Shown here in pieces: positions 18,834 to 30,657 of a stretch of 64,000 nucleotides of DNA. The stretch's first letter is position 1, and every line of letters starts with the position of its first letter. The stretch is taken from NCBI GenBank assembly GCA_964392985.1, contig CAYMSF010000019.1, positions 1,160 to 65,159 of the forward strand. Reading direction: 5' to 3'. Position numbers and translations under genes: made by a program. The DNA is from an uncultured Victivallaceae bacterium (lineage in GTDB: Bacteria; Verrucomicrobiota; Lentisphaeria; Victivallales; Victivallaceae). The notes under the pieces were generated by a model that was given only the letters and a program-made list of their open reading frames with translations, was not told where the DNA came from and did no database searches.

Positions 18834-19796
18834 ATGAATAAAAAAAAGAAAATTTCAGATATAGCGACATCTGCTGGAGTTTCTCCAGCCACTGTTTCGC
18901 GAGTTTTTAACCGTCACCCGTATGTCAAGGATGAAATACGGAATAGGGTTCTGGAAGTTGCGCGCCGGATGAAATATTCTCCCAAGTTCAGTGCCACCAA
19001 AAACAACATCGGGATAGTTGTAAACGGGATTGACGGCATCAACCTGGGGCAATTTGAAGTATTAATGATAACTGCGCTTTCACAGCTATTCTTTAAACGC
19101 AGTTACGCTTTTGAAATCATTCCGCATACATCTGTTCCGATGTTACATAACACTTCACTGAAGGGATTGATCGCGATTTCATCCGCCGCCGCTAACGCGC
19201 TTAAAGGGTTGGATATTCCAATGCTGACAGTAAACCACGAAATTGAAGGGATTCCATCTGTTTCTACCGACCACCGGCAGGGATTGAAAATGGCGGTTGA
19301 TTATTTATTTTCCAAAGGGCATCGGCAAATTGCTTACATAGGAGAAACACCAGACTCAGGGGCATGGGGGATGGCTGAACGTACGAGCGGTTATCGTGAC
19401 GGTCTTGCTGCCAACGGCTTGGAATTCGAGCCGTTATTTACAAAGAAAGTTGAAGAATCGCTACTTGAAGCTTCTGCGCGCATCGCAAAAACCGGTTGCA
19501 CTGCAGTTATCGTTGGCTGCGAAGGTATTGTTCCTCAGTTCTGCTATATGATGTATTTGATGAACAAGTCAATTCCGGCAGACATTTCAACTGTATCTTT
19601 TGAAACCGCCAATCTCTCGCAATATATTGTTCCGCCACAGACGACGATAGACCAGAATTTTCCAACACTTGCCGAGACCGTGGTCAACCGCTTGGATGAA
19701 CTGATTGCGGGGAAAACGCTTGATCCGGTTAACCTGCGCCTGGCAAACCGGCTGATTGAGAGGGAATCTGTGCTCAATATGATTAAACGCTCTTAA
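18834..19796 (+). CDS. LacI family transcriptional regulator
   Basis: ISDIATSAGVSPATVSRVFN HTH plus a periplasmic-binding-fold sugar sensor domain. Confidence 0.9.
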   Translation: MNKKKKISDIATSAGVSPATVSRVFNRHPYVKDEIRNRVLEVARRMKYSPKFSATKNNIGIVVNGIDGINLGQFEVLMITALSQLFFKRSYAFEIIPHTSVPMLHNTSLKGLIAISSAAANALKGLDIPMLTVNHEIEGIPSVSTDHRQGLKMAVDYLFSKGHRQIAYIGETPDSGAWGMAERTSGYRDGLAANGLEFEPLFTKKVEESLLEASARIAKTGCTAVIVGCEGIVPQFCYMMYLMNKSIPADISTVSFETANLSQYIVPPQTTIDQNFPTLAETVVNRLDELIAGKTLDPVNLRLANRLIERESVLNMIKRS

Positions 19797-21708
19797 TCAT
19801 TTTGACGATTGCCGCGTCATTGCCGCCAATACTCAGGCTTTTTCCGGCGCGCTGTCCAGCAATTATGTCCGCAATTTTCCATCCACGGCTTACAGCAGGA
19901 GTGATTTCAAACTTCTCAGGGCTGTAGTTAATCAATATCGCAACTGCCTCTTTCGGGGACATGAAATGCTCCGTGACGCCTACTTGCGGGTTCCCGGAAG
20001 CAATGATCCTGCGAACCCCGGCTATCTCAGCCGCCATGGCGTAAAGTTTCCAATACGGCTTAACATCCGAACGGTTGAAAATGCCCGGAGTGTCACTCAA
20101 ATACTTCTCCAGCGGGGCATTCAGGAACAACATTTTACCCTTGCCGTATTTATTGCAGGTAAACAGCGGATTGCCTTTTAAATCCGCCAGCAGCATTTCT
20201 GATTCAGTACACTTCAACCGGAGTATTATATCAGTGTACGCGCAACTCAAAGTTGCGTTGTCCAGTTTAAAACTCTCAGGATGCAAAGTTTTTTCGCGGG
20301 ATTCCACTTCCAGGCCAAAAACGCTCTCAAACGGTTGAAAAAACGCGTTATCATAAGTCACCAGCGCTGTGGCTCCTGCTTTGACACAATCAAGCAGCGC
20401 CAGCCATTCCGAACGGTAAATCGGATTACTGCCGGCCACCGACGGCACAATATAGAAGTTTGATTTCTTCAGCGGCTGGTCAACATACTGGAATTCGATA
20501 TCATAACCGGCCTGTTTGGCAAGAATGAACGAACTGAATGCAACACTCCACTGGTCCTGAGTGCGGGTAAGAATGCATACGGCATTTTTTCTGAATTCCG
20601 GCAGCTTTTTGAATGGCATTTTTTTCAGCATCCTGCCAAAATCACACATTGCATCACAAACGGGTTTGCTTTGGCGGTTATTGCGGATTAACCCCAGTTC
20701 CCGCTCAAGCCCATTCCATTCGTAAGGCGGGAAATCCAGGTGATCCTGGTCGTAAGCACACCACCAGAGCAATCCGCGGCAGTCATGCGCCCAACTTGAG
20801 AACATTGCTGTCCGAAGATACGCCGCCGCAGTTTTCTCATTGGAGATTACTGGGCCAAGCGTTCCAAGTTCTTCCGGAATACAGGGGCGGTTGCCGACAT
20901 CGCCATACAGCCGGGATTCCGCTGTTGCATGAAGCCCGGGACGGATAGTGTTAAGCTGATCCTGTCCGCACTTAGGAGTGAATTTAGGATACGGGTGAGT
21001 TGTAAGAACATCGGTCAGTTCAGACTGATCGGAAATGAGCCAACTGCCGTTTTCGCATTGAATGCTGTGCATATCGGATATTACGGCCCGTTCCGGGTCC
21101 GACTCGCGGATTGCAGCGGAAATCGTGTTAGTCCAAACCCATGCCTGGTCTCTGGTCAAACCTGTCCCCATGCAATTGCACTCATTGCCAAGTCCCCATG
21201 AATCAATAGATTTATGCTCTTTGAATGTCTTGACAAAATAGCTGACAAAACGCTTTTGCCATTTAATTGCAGTGGAATCTGTAAGCACATTGCAGCCTTC
21301 AAATGCAGGTGGCACAAACAGCCTGCCGCTCATCCAGCCGGTAACCAGCGAAACAGTTAATTTTAAATTATATTTCTCCGCCAAATCAGCAAAAATGCGG
21401 AATTTTTCCATTGCTTCTGATGAAACACCAACCTTTCCGGCGGTGTTGTGCCCCAATGGCTTATCACCAAACCTGAGTTCTTGCGTCTCTGCGCTTTTCC
21501 ATGGAATAAGCGCTACTGTAAGCGGTTGAAATACCGGCCATAGCGGAAATACACGCAAAAGATGCATCCCCGAATTGGATAATTGTTTGAGGTCATGTTC
21601 TACAACTTCAGGTCGCCAGTCTTCCCACATTCTAAGTCCAGCATGAGATGCCCAATAATTACAGCCAATATGGAAACTGCCGGAGTCCAGCAAAATAGAT
21701 TTTTTCAT
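19783..21708 (-). CDS. clan GH-A glycoside hydrolase (GH5/GH42-like TIM barrel plus C-terminal domains)
   Basis: IGCNYWASHAGLRMWEDW...EHDLKQLSNSGMHLLRVFPLW, GLGNECN (acid/base NE), IPEELG (candidate nucleophile). No signal peptide. The exact family is not resolvable by eye. Confidence 0.65.
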   Translation of the reverse strand: MKKSILLDSGSFHIGCNYWASHAGLRMWEDWRPEVVEHDLKQLSNSGMHLLRVFPLWPVFQPLTVALIPWKSAETQELRFGDKPLGHNTAGKVGVSSEAMEKFRIFADLAEKYNLKLTVSLVTGWMSGRLFVPPAFEGCNVLTDSTAIKWQKRFVSYFVKTFKEHKSIDSWGLGNECNCMGTGLTRDQAWVWTNTISAAIRESDPERAVISDMHSIQCENGSWLISDQSELTDVLTTHPYPKFTPKCGQDQLNTIRPGLHATAESRLYGDVGNRPCIPEELGTLGPVISNEKTAAAYLRTAMFSSWAHDCRGLLWWCAYDQDHLDFPPYEWNGLERELGLIRNNRQSKPVCDAMCDFGRMLKKMPFKKLPEFRKNAVCILTRTQDQWSVAFSSFILAKQAGYDIEFQYVDQPLKKSNFYIVPSVAGSNPIYRSEWLALLDCVKAGATALVTYDNAFFQPFESVFGLEVESREKTLHPESFKLDNATLSCAYTDIILRLKCTESEMLLADLKGNPLFTCNKYGKGKMLFLNAPLEKYLSDTPGIFNRSDVKPYWKLYAMAAEIAGVRRIIASGNPQVGVTEHFMSPKEAVAILINYSPEKFEITPAVSRGWKIADIIAGQRAGKSLSIGGNDAAIVKMIKSV

Positions 21709-21724
21709 AAATAAATCCCTTTTA

Positions 21725-21739
21725 ATGAAATCTTTTCAT
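21725..21739 (+). promoter_or_regulatory. candidate LacI-family operator
   Basis: Palindrome ATGAAA-TCT-TTTCAT, 17 nt upstream of the GH start codon (21708, minus strand). Confidence 0.4.
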
Positions 21740-21873
21740 AAATATACTGTTTGTTCCGATTCTTTTCAATATGAGATGTAAAAAATCACAGCATGATTTG
21801 TTGGAGACGGGCAATTTCTCTAAGGGGCATTCGGATCAGACCACAAAACATTTTTAACTGATTGAATTTGTAG

Positions 21874-21929
21874 ACAAAAGTGCCAGACAGATTTAACTGT
21901 GGAATACTCTGACAGCACGGGAAAATTAA
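21874..21929 (+). repeat. 56-bp intergenic repeat, copy B
   Basis: ACAAAAGTGCCAGACAGATTTAACTGTGGAATACTCTGACAGCACGGGAAAATTAA. It is 53/56 identical to 13930-13985. Confidence 0.85.
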
Positions 21930-22102
21930 GAAGAATATTCCAAAATGATATCGGCGTGAATAAGCTTGGAGTCAACGCTCGCATGGTTGACGACAAAATG
22001 CATTTTTCATACCCGATTTCAATTTATATGGCAGTCAAGCCAGACATATAATCTTTTGCCGTAAATGGCTGTAAACAGTGCGAATACAATACTCTGCAGG
22101 AA

Positions 22103-23518
22103 TCAGTTATTATTGATTTTTAGACCGAGATTCTGCGGGATGAAATTTTTAGCGAATTCCGGGCTGATTTTTGCGTGAATGGAGAGCTTTTTATCTTTGA
22201 ATCTTGTGGTTATCAGAGATGGAACGGTGTTGGGTTGATGCTGCAGAATGATTTCAATGGGATTCTTATTATCCAGCGCCTTCAAGCATTCCGGATTTTC
22301 AGCTTCATGGAATAACTCTGCGGCCTGGACAGCAGATATCTTACCTGAAATTACCGCTATTGAATTCTGATAAAGCTTACAATAGACGGAAGATTTGTCT
22401 CCGGAAGTGCTTTCTTTCACGGTGAAAGTATTTGTTTCAAAGGGTTTAATTTCGCCCATCGCAAGATTGTTGCGGAGGAAGGATATTTTGTCGGCAATCG
22501 GCCATGTTTTTACATAAAAAACTGGTGTGCCGTTATAGACATTGGTGTAGTAGGATAAACGCTCTCCTATCGCTGTGGCAAGTATTTTTAACAATTTTTT
22601 CTCAGTTTCGGTCGTTTCCGGATGTTTAAAATCAGCGATAAGACCCGGGAGGTGATAAATAAAATCCTCTGATGATTTTAACTCAGCCGCAGCCGCAATA
22701 TCTTTATCTTTAACTACCGGAGGCAGATTGATGGCGGGTGAATTCAATTCCTGCTTGTCAATAAATTTTGCCAGTTCGGAGTTGGCTGCAGGAATAATTT
22801 CAAACTGAAAAACAAGGTATTCGGGTTTAAAATAAATATTCAGTGAAATTTCCTTTATCTGGCGGATGGCATTCTCAAGGTCATTTACTGTGGAGAGCAT
22901 TTTTGCGGCAGCAGCATCGCCATGTTTTTTTTGCAGGTTTTTGAGCAATGCGGTTTCGATGTACTTCTGGCGGAATTCGGCGTAATGACTTGGACACAAT
23001 TCCAAATAACGTGAAACTTTCATGAAAAAGGTTATACTTGAATCGCCGGAATCTTTATTTATTGGTGGCAACTTAGAAATATAGTCAAGCAGGATTTTGG
23101 AATGGCTCAACAGCAGCCGGGAATCCATTTTTTTAACGTACGCTGGTTCGCCCATAAACTTTATTGAGACCGGTATTTTTTCATTATTATTGTATCCGAC
23201 GACAGTACACCATTGGGCTTGAGATGAAGCGGCGTACATATACATCGAGATGCGCCCGGAAAGATCGAGTGCAAGGTATTCCGGATTCATGGTCAGCGCG
23301 ATAACGGCAAGAAACGGCAGTGATTCAAGCGAAGGGGAAATCTTTTTCGCAAAAGCTCCGGCATCCCCGGCTAAATCGGTCAATGACGAAATTTCCGCCT
23401 TGCCCAGTTGCTCATAGTTGGTACTCGCGGCGTGGATTTCTACTATTGTCACCGGCATGACTGCCGCAACAAATAAAATTACCCGGAAAAACCTGCGGCG
23501 GAAAAATAATCTATACAT
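22103..23518 (-). CDS. hypothetical secreted protein
   Basis: 471-aa ORF with an N-terminal hydrophobic signal-like segment. No recognisable motif. Confidence 0.7.
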   Translation of the reverse strand: MYRLFFRRRFFRVILFVAAVMPVTIVEIHAASTNYEQLGKAEISSLTDLAGDAGAFAKKISPSLESLPFLAVIALTMNPEYLALDLSGRISMYMYAASSQAQWCTVVGYNNNEKIPVSIKFMGEPAYVKKMDSRLLLSHSKILLDYISKLPPINKDSGDSSITFFMKVSRYLELCPSHYAEFRQKYIETALLKNLQKKHGDAAAAKMLSTVNDLENAIRQIKEISLNIYFKPEYLVFQFEIIPAANSELAKFIDKQELNSPAINLPPVVKDKDIAAAAELKSSEDFIYHLPGLIADFKHPETTETEKKLLKILATAIGERLSYYTNVYNGTPVFYVKTWPIADKISFLRNNLAMGEIKPFETNTFTVKESTSGDKSSVYCKLYQNSIAVISGKISAVQAAELFHEAENPECLKALDNKNPIEIILQHQPNTVPSLITTRFKDKKLSIHAKISPEFAKNFIPQNLGLKINNN

Positions 23519-23787
23519 AATTAGACCTGAAAATTATTAGTTACCCTAATATAGCACCCTGTAACTATTGGGCAAGGATGAATCTTTAATCTTTACTCTA
23601 TTTGTAAAAGTCCTAGATGTTGCAATTTCAGCCCGACATGCTGATTTGGCAAGAATTAATAAAAATTTATCGTTGATTTCAGTTTATCATATTGCGAAAT
23701 TAAAATTCGGAGTTAGTTTAATGACTTAACAAAGTTCGCCAGTTTGTGGCAATAATATTAGTATTTTAACATTACAGGAGTCAGGAT

Positions 23788-24669
23788 ATGGACTATATCG
23801 CGCAAATGCAGAGTTTGTCTAAGGAACACGAATTTTTTATTGGTTTTGACAGTGACGGTTGTATTTTTGATACGATGGAGATTAAGCAGAAAGAATGTTT
23901 CTGTCCTAACTTTGTCAATTTTTTCGGAATGCAGGCGGCAAGTAAATACGCACGGGAAGTTTGGGAATTTGTCAATCTTTACAGCAAGACCCGTGGATGC
24001 AACCGGTTTCTGGCGGTACAACGGGCATTGCAGTTATTGCAGGAACGCAAAGAAATCAAAGAGCGCAACGTTGTTGTTCCGTTGATGAATGAGCTTGATC
24101 TCTGGATCAAAGAGGAAAGCAAACTGGGCAATCCGGCCTTGAAGGCAAAAGTAGCGGCCTGTCCGACCGAACAGATGAAAATGCTGTTGGCGTGGAGTAT
24201 TGCCGTGAATGAAGATATCGCAGATATGGTACATGGCATTCCGCCGTTTCCCGGAGTGAAAGAAGTTCTCGCTGCCGCAGCGCCGCTGGCGGATATGATT
24301 GTGGTATCGCAGACGCCGTTGGAAGCATTGACCCGTGAGTGGGAGGAAAACAAGATTGAGCATTATCTGAAACTGATCTGCGGTCAGGAACACGGCACCA
24401 AGACCGAACACCTGAGATACGTCACAAAAGACAAATATTCCCCGGACAAAGTGTTGATGGTGGGAGATGCTCCCGGCGACCAGAAAGCCGCACAAAGCAA
24501 TGGCGTGCTCTTTTTCCCGATAATTCCCGGACAGGAAGAAAAATACTGGGCGGAATTGAAGAACGAGGGATTAAACCGTTTCTTCAAAGGTACCTATGCC
24601 GGAGCATATCAGGACCGTTTGTTGCGTGAATTTGACTTGGCTTTACCGGAGAAGCCGCACTGGAACTGA
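23788..24669 (+). CDS. HAD superfamily hydrolase
   Basis: FIGFDSDGCIFDT (DxD motif I) and MVGDAPGDQKAA (motif IV). Confidence 0.8.
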   Translation: MDYIAQMQSLSKEHEFFIGFDSDGCIFDTMEIKQKECFCPNFVNFFGMQAASKYAREVWEFVNLYSKTRGCNRFLAVQRALQLLQERKEIKERNVVVPLMNELDLWIKEESKLGNPALKAKVAACPTEQMKMLLAWSIAVNEDIADMVHGIPPFPGVKEVLAAAAPLADMIVVSQTPLEALTREWEENKIEHYLKLICGQEHGTKTEHLRYVTKDKYSPDKVLMVGDAPGDQKAAQSNGVLFFPIIPGQEEKYWAELKNEGLNRFFKGTYAGAYQDRLLREFDLALPEKPHWN

Positions 24670-24759
24670 GAAAATTCATAACAATTCAATTTTTTTTGCA
24701 ATTTGATTTTAAATATTGATATTCTAATGATAGATTATCCAAAGTCGGCCTTTTTATGA

Positions 24760-25833
<1,074 letters not shown>

Positions 25834-26004
25834 TTCCGGATAATTCAGTTCTGCTTCAGAGCGGTTTTTATCTTTTCTTTTTGTATTCACAGGCATAGTG
25901 TTTTTAATGAATTTTTAATAATATCTTAATCGTAACTTAACATTGCCGGTTTATTATATATAGTAAAGTTATTTTAATATTTATATAACGGGATAGAGTT
26001 ACTC

Positions 26005-26703
26005 ATGGCAAAAGAAAAAATTCTGGTGATTGAGGACGAGGAAGATATTCAGGAATTGATTAAGTACAACCTGCGCAAAGAGGGTTACGAAAATCTCCAG
26101 TTTGCCGATTCCGGTGAAGACGGTCTGCGTCTTGCCAATACATTCATGCCGGATATTATTTTACTTGACCTGATGTTGCCGGGAATGGACGGATTATCGG
26201 TCTGCCGTAACCTAAAAAGCAAACCCGAAACATCCAAAATAGCTGTCATCATGCTGACGGCAAAGAGCGAAGAAACCGATGTGATTATCGGTTTGGAAAT
26301 GGGCGCTGATGACTACATTCCGAAACCATTCAGCCCCAAAATACTCATTGCCAGAATAAAAGCTGCGTTACGCCGGAATGCCGAGGTACAGGATAACGGC
26401 TCAAAAAACATTGTTAAACGGGGCCCCCTGGTCTTAAATAAAGGGAAACGGGAGGCGAGTCTCGCCGGGAAACCGCTGGTGCTGACATTTTCTGAGTTTG
26501 AAATTTTGTACTTTTTGGCGCGACGTCCCGGTTGGGTTTACACTAGAAATCAAATTGTGAATGCGGTCAAGGGCGATGATTATCCGGTTACCGAACGTTC
26601 AATAGATGTGCAAGTTGTCGGATTGCGCAAAAAGCTTGGCGATGCCGGCGAACTTATTGAAACGGTGCGTGGTGTCGGTTACAGATTCATAGAAACATAT
26701 TAG
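26005..26703 (+). CDS. OmpR/PhoB family response regulator
   Basis: REC domain (ILVIEDEEDI...LLDLMLPGMDG...MLTAK) plus winged-helix output (ETVRGVGYRF). Confidence 0.92.
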   Translation: MAKEKILVIEDEEDIQELIKYNLRKEGYENLQFADSGEDGLRLANTFMPDIILLDLMLPGMDGLSVCRNLKSKPETSKIAVIMLTAKSEETDVIIGLEMGADDYIPKPFSPKILIARIKAALRRNAEVQDNGSKNIVKRGPLVLNKGKREASLAGKPLVLTFSEFEILYFLARRPGWVYTRNQIVNAVKGDDYPVTERSIDVQVVGLRKKLGDAGELIETVRGVGYRFIETY

Positions 26704-26719
26704 GAATCTAAATTCAGCT

Positions 26720-28510
26720 ATGAAACGTGACTTATTCTATTTTCTGCCGCTGATTATTGTGTTTTCAACCGTTGCCCTGCTCGGATTTGTCTGGTATGAA
26801 TCTACTACTACAGAACAAATCTACCTCGAAGAAGTTGAGCATAATCTGCTCATAAGGGCAAATTTACTCAAACGGGAAGTTGTCAAGGCAATAAGTGGCG
26901 CCGGCGGTATTGACGAGGCCATTAAATATTGTGCCAGCGCCCATCAGGATTCAGAAGCCAGGCTTACGTTGATTGCCCCGGATGGCAAAGTTATTTATGA
27001 TTCCGACAGCAACGCGGATAAGTTGCCGACGCACGCCTCCAGGCCGGAAATAATCGAGGCGCATAAAGGTCATGTCGCTTTTGCCGACCGTTTCAGCTCC
27101 ACTCTAAACCAGCGCATGATATATGTCGCCGTTCCTGTCAGCGTCACGGGGAATAATAATTTCTATGTTCTAAGAATTGCGGCTTCTTTTCATGTTATTG
27201 ACAGCATGTTGAGCAGTTCGCGCCGCCAGATTTTGTTCGCCGGCCTTCTGGCTGCCGGCATAGTAGCTATTCTCAGTTTTGTCATTGTAAACCATCTTAG
27301 CAAGGCGGTTTCAGAGTTGCAGGAAAATGCGGCGAAGATTGCTGCCGGGAATCTGGATATCAAGCTTCCCGTACCGACGCGCGGCGCCATGCACGGTCTG
27401 GCTATTTCACTGAATAATATGGCGGAACAACTCAAACAGCGGATTAGCGAGATAACAAATAAAAAAAATGAGCGCGATGTTATTTTCTCCAACATGACAG
27501 AAGGGGTTATTGCCGTTGATTTAAGCGGAAAAATTCTTGACATAAATACCGCCGCAGTTAAAATTTTTGATTTACCGGCGAATGCGACCGGATTATCTTT
27601 TTACGGAGTCATCCGTAATCCGCAAATGCAGAATTTTCTCAATCAGATTATCACTGAAAAGAAAATGCTGGAAAGTGAATTTATTATTCACTCGCTGCAG
27701 GAACGTTTTTTGCGTGCGCGTGGCGCTTGTATAAAAATTGACGAGGATAATATCAATGCAGTGCTTATCGTTGTTTCAGACGTTACCCGCATTAAAAAGC
27801 TTGAAAACTTCCGCCGCGATTTTATCGCTGATGTTTCCCATGAAATAAAAACTCCGCTCACCGCCATCAAAGGCGCGGTGGAAACACTCAACGACGGCGC
27901 TATCAATGATCCGGCAACAGCGACCAAATTCATGGATATTATTTCACGCCATGCCGACCGGATGAATGCTTTGGTCAGAGATATACTCAGCCTTTCCGAA
28001 CTGGACCGCCGGGCGAACGGAGATGAAATCCCGTTTGACGTCATTAAAATTGCGGCGCCGGTCAACAGTGCCGTAGAATTTTGCCGCGATCGCGCGGTTG
28101 AGAAAAATATGATTATTGAACTGCAACCAGTACCTGCCATAAAAATTAAAGGTGACGCGCAATTACTTGAGCAGGCGGTGTCAAATCTGATTGATAATGC
28201 TATTAAGTATAATCCAGAAGGCACGTCCATAAAAGTGGCGGTATATCAGGATGGCAAAGATGTTGTCATCAGCGTTACTGACAACGGATGCGGCATTGAA
28301 GCCGAACATTTGCCACGGTTGTTTGAACGGTTCTACCGCGTTGACCGCGCCAGAAGCCGGAAACTGGGCGGAACCGGACTCGGATTAGCGATTGTCAAAC
28401 ACATTGCACACGTTCATAAAGGCTTTGCTGATGTTGAAAGTACTGTAGGTAAAGGCAGTAAATTTATTATCCGCATAACTTCGACTGGCCTTGAAGGTTC
28501 CTCTATTTGA
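26720..28510 (+). CDS. sensor histidine kinase (periplasmic sensor-HAMP-PAS-HisKA-HATPase)
   Basis: FIADVSHEIKTPLT H-box, DNAIKYN N-box, GGTGLGLAIV G-box. Two TM segments flank a loop of roughly 150 aa. Confidence 0.92.
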   Translation: MKRDLFYFLPLIIVFSTVALLGFVWYESTTTEQIYLEEVEHNLLIRANLLKREVVKAISGAGGIDEAIKYCASAHQDSEARLTLIAPDGKVIYDSDSNADKLPTHASRPEIIEAHKGHVAFADRFSSTLNQRMIYVAVPVSVTGNNNFYVLRIAASFHVIDSMLSSSRRQILFAGLLAAGIVAILSFVIVNHLSKAVSELQENAAKIAAGNLDIKLPVPTRGAMHGLAISLNNMAEQLKQRISEITNKKNERDVIFSNMTEGVIAVDLSGKILDINTAAVKIFDLPANATGLSFYGVIRNPQMQNFLNQIITEKKMLESEFIIHSLQERFLRARGACIKIDEDNINAVLIVVSDVTRIKKLENFRRDFIADVSHEIKTPLTAIKGAVETLNDGAINDPATATKFMDIISRHADRMNALVRDILSLSELDRRANGDEIPFDVIKIAAPVNSAVEFCRDRAVEKNMIIELQPVPAIKIKGDAQLLEQAVSNLIDNAIKYNPEGTSIKVAVYQDGKDVVISVTDNGCGIEAEHLPRLFERFYRVDRARSRKLGGTGLGLAIVKHIAHVHKGFADVESTVGKGSKFIIRITSTGLEGSSI

Positions 28511-28830
28511 TAACGTTTCCGGGGAATTAACATATTTTTTCAACCGCCTGCCATTAATTAAGTTCAGCCTTTTCAACCTTATTGACAATAGAGGAAATGG
28601 CGGATATTTTTAATTTTCTTCCAACTTTAGTGGTAAATTTTTACTAATTTAACTTGAAGCATTGTTATCACACAACTAGATTAAATGTTTATAAGCTCAT
28701 AGGCTTTGCCCATTTCCCAGCCATCAGTCTGTAAATAATGCGGTGGCCGGTTTTATTATTGCCAAGTTGCATCGTTACAATCCAAACAGAAACGCTAATA
28801 TAGTAATTTTAAAAGGAACGGAGGTTTTTT

Positions 28831-30657
28831 ATGAAAAAAACAATGTTTACATTTGTACTTTCCGGGTCGTTATCAACGTTGTTTTTAATTTTAAGCCCGG
28901 TTGCGAATGGAGAGGTCGATTCAAAACGCTCCACCGTTGAGGCAATTGACGAGGCGCATTCCGCACTTATGAACAAGTTTGTTGATAAGCACGGAGTGAT
29001 TCTTGATTTTGTCGGGGAGATTCCAACGCCGGAAGAGTGTGCGCTGGGAAAACCCAATGCGTTAGGATGGTTCTGCCCTATTGAGAATGGTCCGATGTTC
29101 ACCGGGATGTATCTTCCGGCAGTATGCGAGCGGGCGCGCCGGAGTGGCTCCTCCACAGATAAAGAACAGGCAAAAAAATTAGCACAAGGACTTCTCAAGT
29201 GTGCTTCAGTATCAGATGTCCCGGGTATGATTGTACGTGGAATGGCAACGGACGGCAAAAGCCACTATCCACTCGGTTCCGATGACCAGACCCATCCCTG
29301 GTTTCTTGGTCTATATGTCTACTGGAAAAGCGGAATTCCGTCAGAAACAGAAAAAAAAGAGATTGTCAATAAGGTCAGAGAGGTAGCAACTGTTCTTGAA
29401 GCAAACGGCTGGAAAGGACCTTGTGACGGAGATTTTAAAGGACAATTCCGGGGAGGGTTTAAAGGGGAAGGTTTTCGCGATGCCGCCCGATACTTGTTTA
29501 TGTTGAGAGCTGTCTATGAAATGACAGGTGATGCCATCTGGCTGGAGCGGTATAAAAAGGCGATGACAGAACGTCCCGGCAAACGCGGAATGAGCCGTCT
29601 CGAAATATGTGCCGCCGGATATGAACCGGATATTGCCCGGAACAACTGGAGTCGGCAGAATGGTAATTTTTTTAATTGGATATATGTGGGTGCGCATTAT
29701 TCTCTGAGGCAGCTTATCGAAATGGAAACGGATGCTGCGGTTAAAGAACAGTTGCAAATTGGATTGGATGCCAGCGCGAAAGAGGCGTTGCCCGGCATTG
29801 CCGACTCGAGTAAGTTTGACAATAATGACACAAAGGTTTTTGGAACTGCCAATTGGCGTGAGATATATACCCAGTGGTTCCCGCAAAAAACGCAAGCCGA
29901 GGCAATGAAACTTTCGGGAATGGTTGATTACAAGAAGCGCGGAGAACGCGGTAACTATGAGGGTCGGTTTGTTAACACCCCGCTGGCAGCGGCAGCCATC
30001 GTGGCGATGGCGGGAGATCCTTCACATCGTGATATTATTGAAAAGGCAGTAAGGCACTATGATTACAATAAACTTTACTCCTCACGATTCTTTTTTGCAG
30101 AATGCGCCTACTATGCCCCGGTATCAAGAGTCGCGCCACGACCCGGGGTTGGACCGGCAAAACAAGATATCACAGTAACAAACGCGAATGAAACTGCAGT
30201 TGCTTCGCCGGCAAAAAATGACGTGAAAAAGTCGGTACCGGGCGAAGTGTTGATTGACAACAACTCTACTGATGTCACGGTTAATGGTGAATGGGGCTTA
30301 AGCAAGACCAGTTCCGTTCGTATTGGCGAAGATTATCTGCACGACAAAAATAAAGACAAGGGCGGTAAAAGTGTTACCTACAAGGCTCAGTTGCCCGGAG
30401 CTGGGAAATATTGTGTGTACCTGTCCTGGACTGGTGGAGAAGCGCGTGCTTCTCGCGTTCCTGTTGACATTATTACGAAAAATGACAAACAAACGGTTTA
30501 TGTGAATCAAAAAACGACGGGAAATCCCTGGAATTTGCTTGGTGAGTTTGAGTTTGCCGATCCGAATGTTTGTATAACAATTCGCACTGATGATGCGGAG
30601 GGTTATGTCATTGCCGATGCGGTTAAATTTGTTCCAGTGACATCAGCAGCAAAGTAG
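28831..30657 (+). CDS. secreted protein of unnamed family with C-terminal golvesin-C-like (carbohydrate-binding-type) domain
   Basis: Signal peptide. The core of roughly 400 aa is about 70% identical to 34048-35376. The extra C-terminal domain (GEWGLSKTS...LPGAGKYCVYLSW...RASRVPVDI...VYVNQKTTGNPWNLLGEFEF...GYVIADAVKFVP) fits the golvesin C-terminal-like pattern. Confidence 0.7.
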   Translation: MKKTMFTFVLSGSLSTLFLILSPVANGEVDSKRSTVEAIDEAHSALMNKFVDKHGVILDFVGEIPTPEECALGKPNALGWFCPIENGPMFTGMYLPAVCERARRSGSSTDKEQAKKLAQGLLKCASVSDVPGMIVRGMATDGKSHYPLGSDDQTHPWFLGLYVYWKSGIPSETEKKEIVNKVREVATVLEANGWKGPCDGDFKGQFRGGFKGEGFRDAARYLFMLRAVYEMTGDAIWLERYKKAMTERPGKRGMSRLEICAAGYEPDIARNNWSRQNGNFFNWIYVGAHYSLRQLIEMETDAAVKEQLQIGLDASAKEALPGIADSSKFDNNDTKVFGTANWREIYTQWFPQKTQAEAMKLSGMVDYKKRGERGNYEGRFVNTPLAAAAIVAMAGDPSHRDIIEKAVRHYDYNKLYSSRFFFAECAYYAPVSRVAPRPGVGPAKQDITVTNANETAVASPAKNDVKKSVPGEVLIDNNSTDVTVNGEWGLSKTSSVRIGEDYLHDKNKDKGGKSVTYKAQLPGAGKYCVYLSWTGGEARASRVPVDIITKNDKQTVYVNQKTTGNPWNLLGEFEFADPNVCITIRTDDAEGYVIADAVKFVPVTSAAK

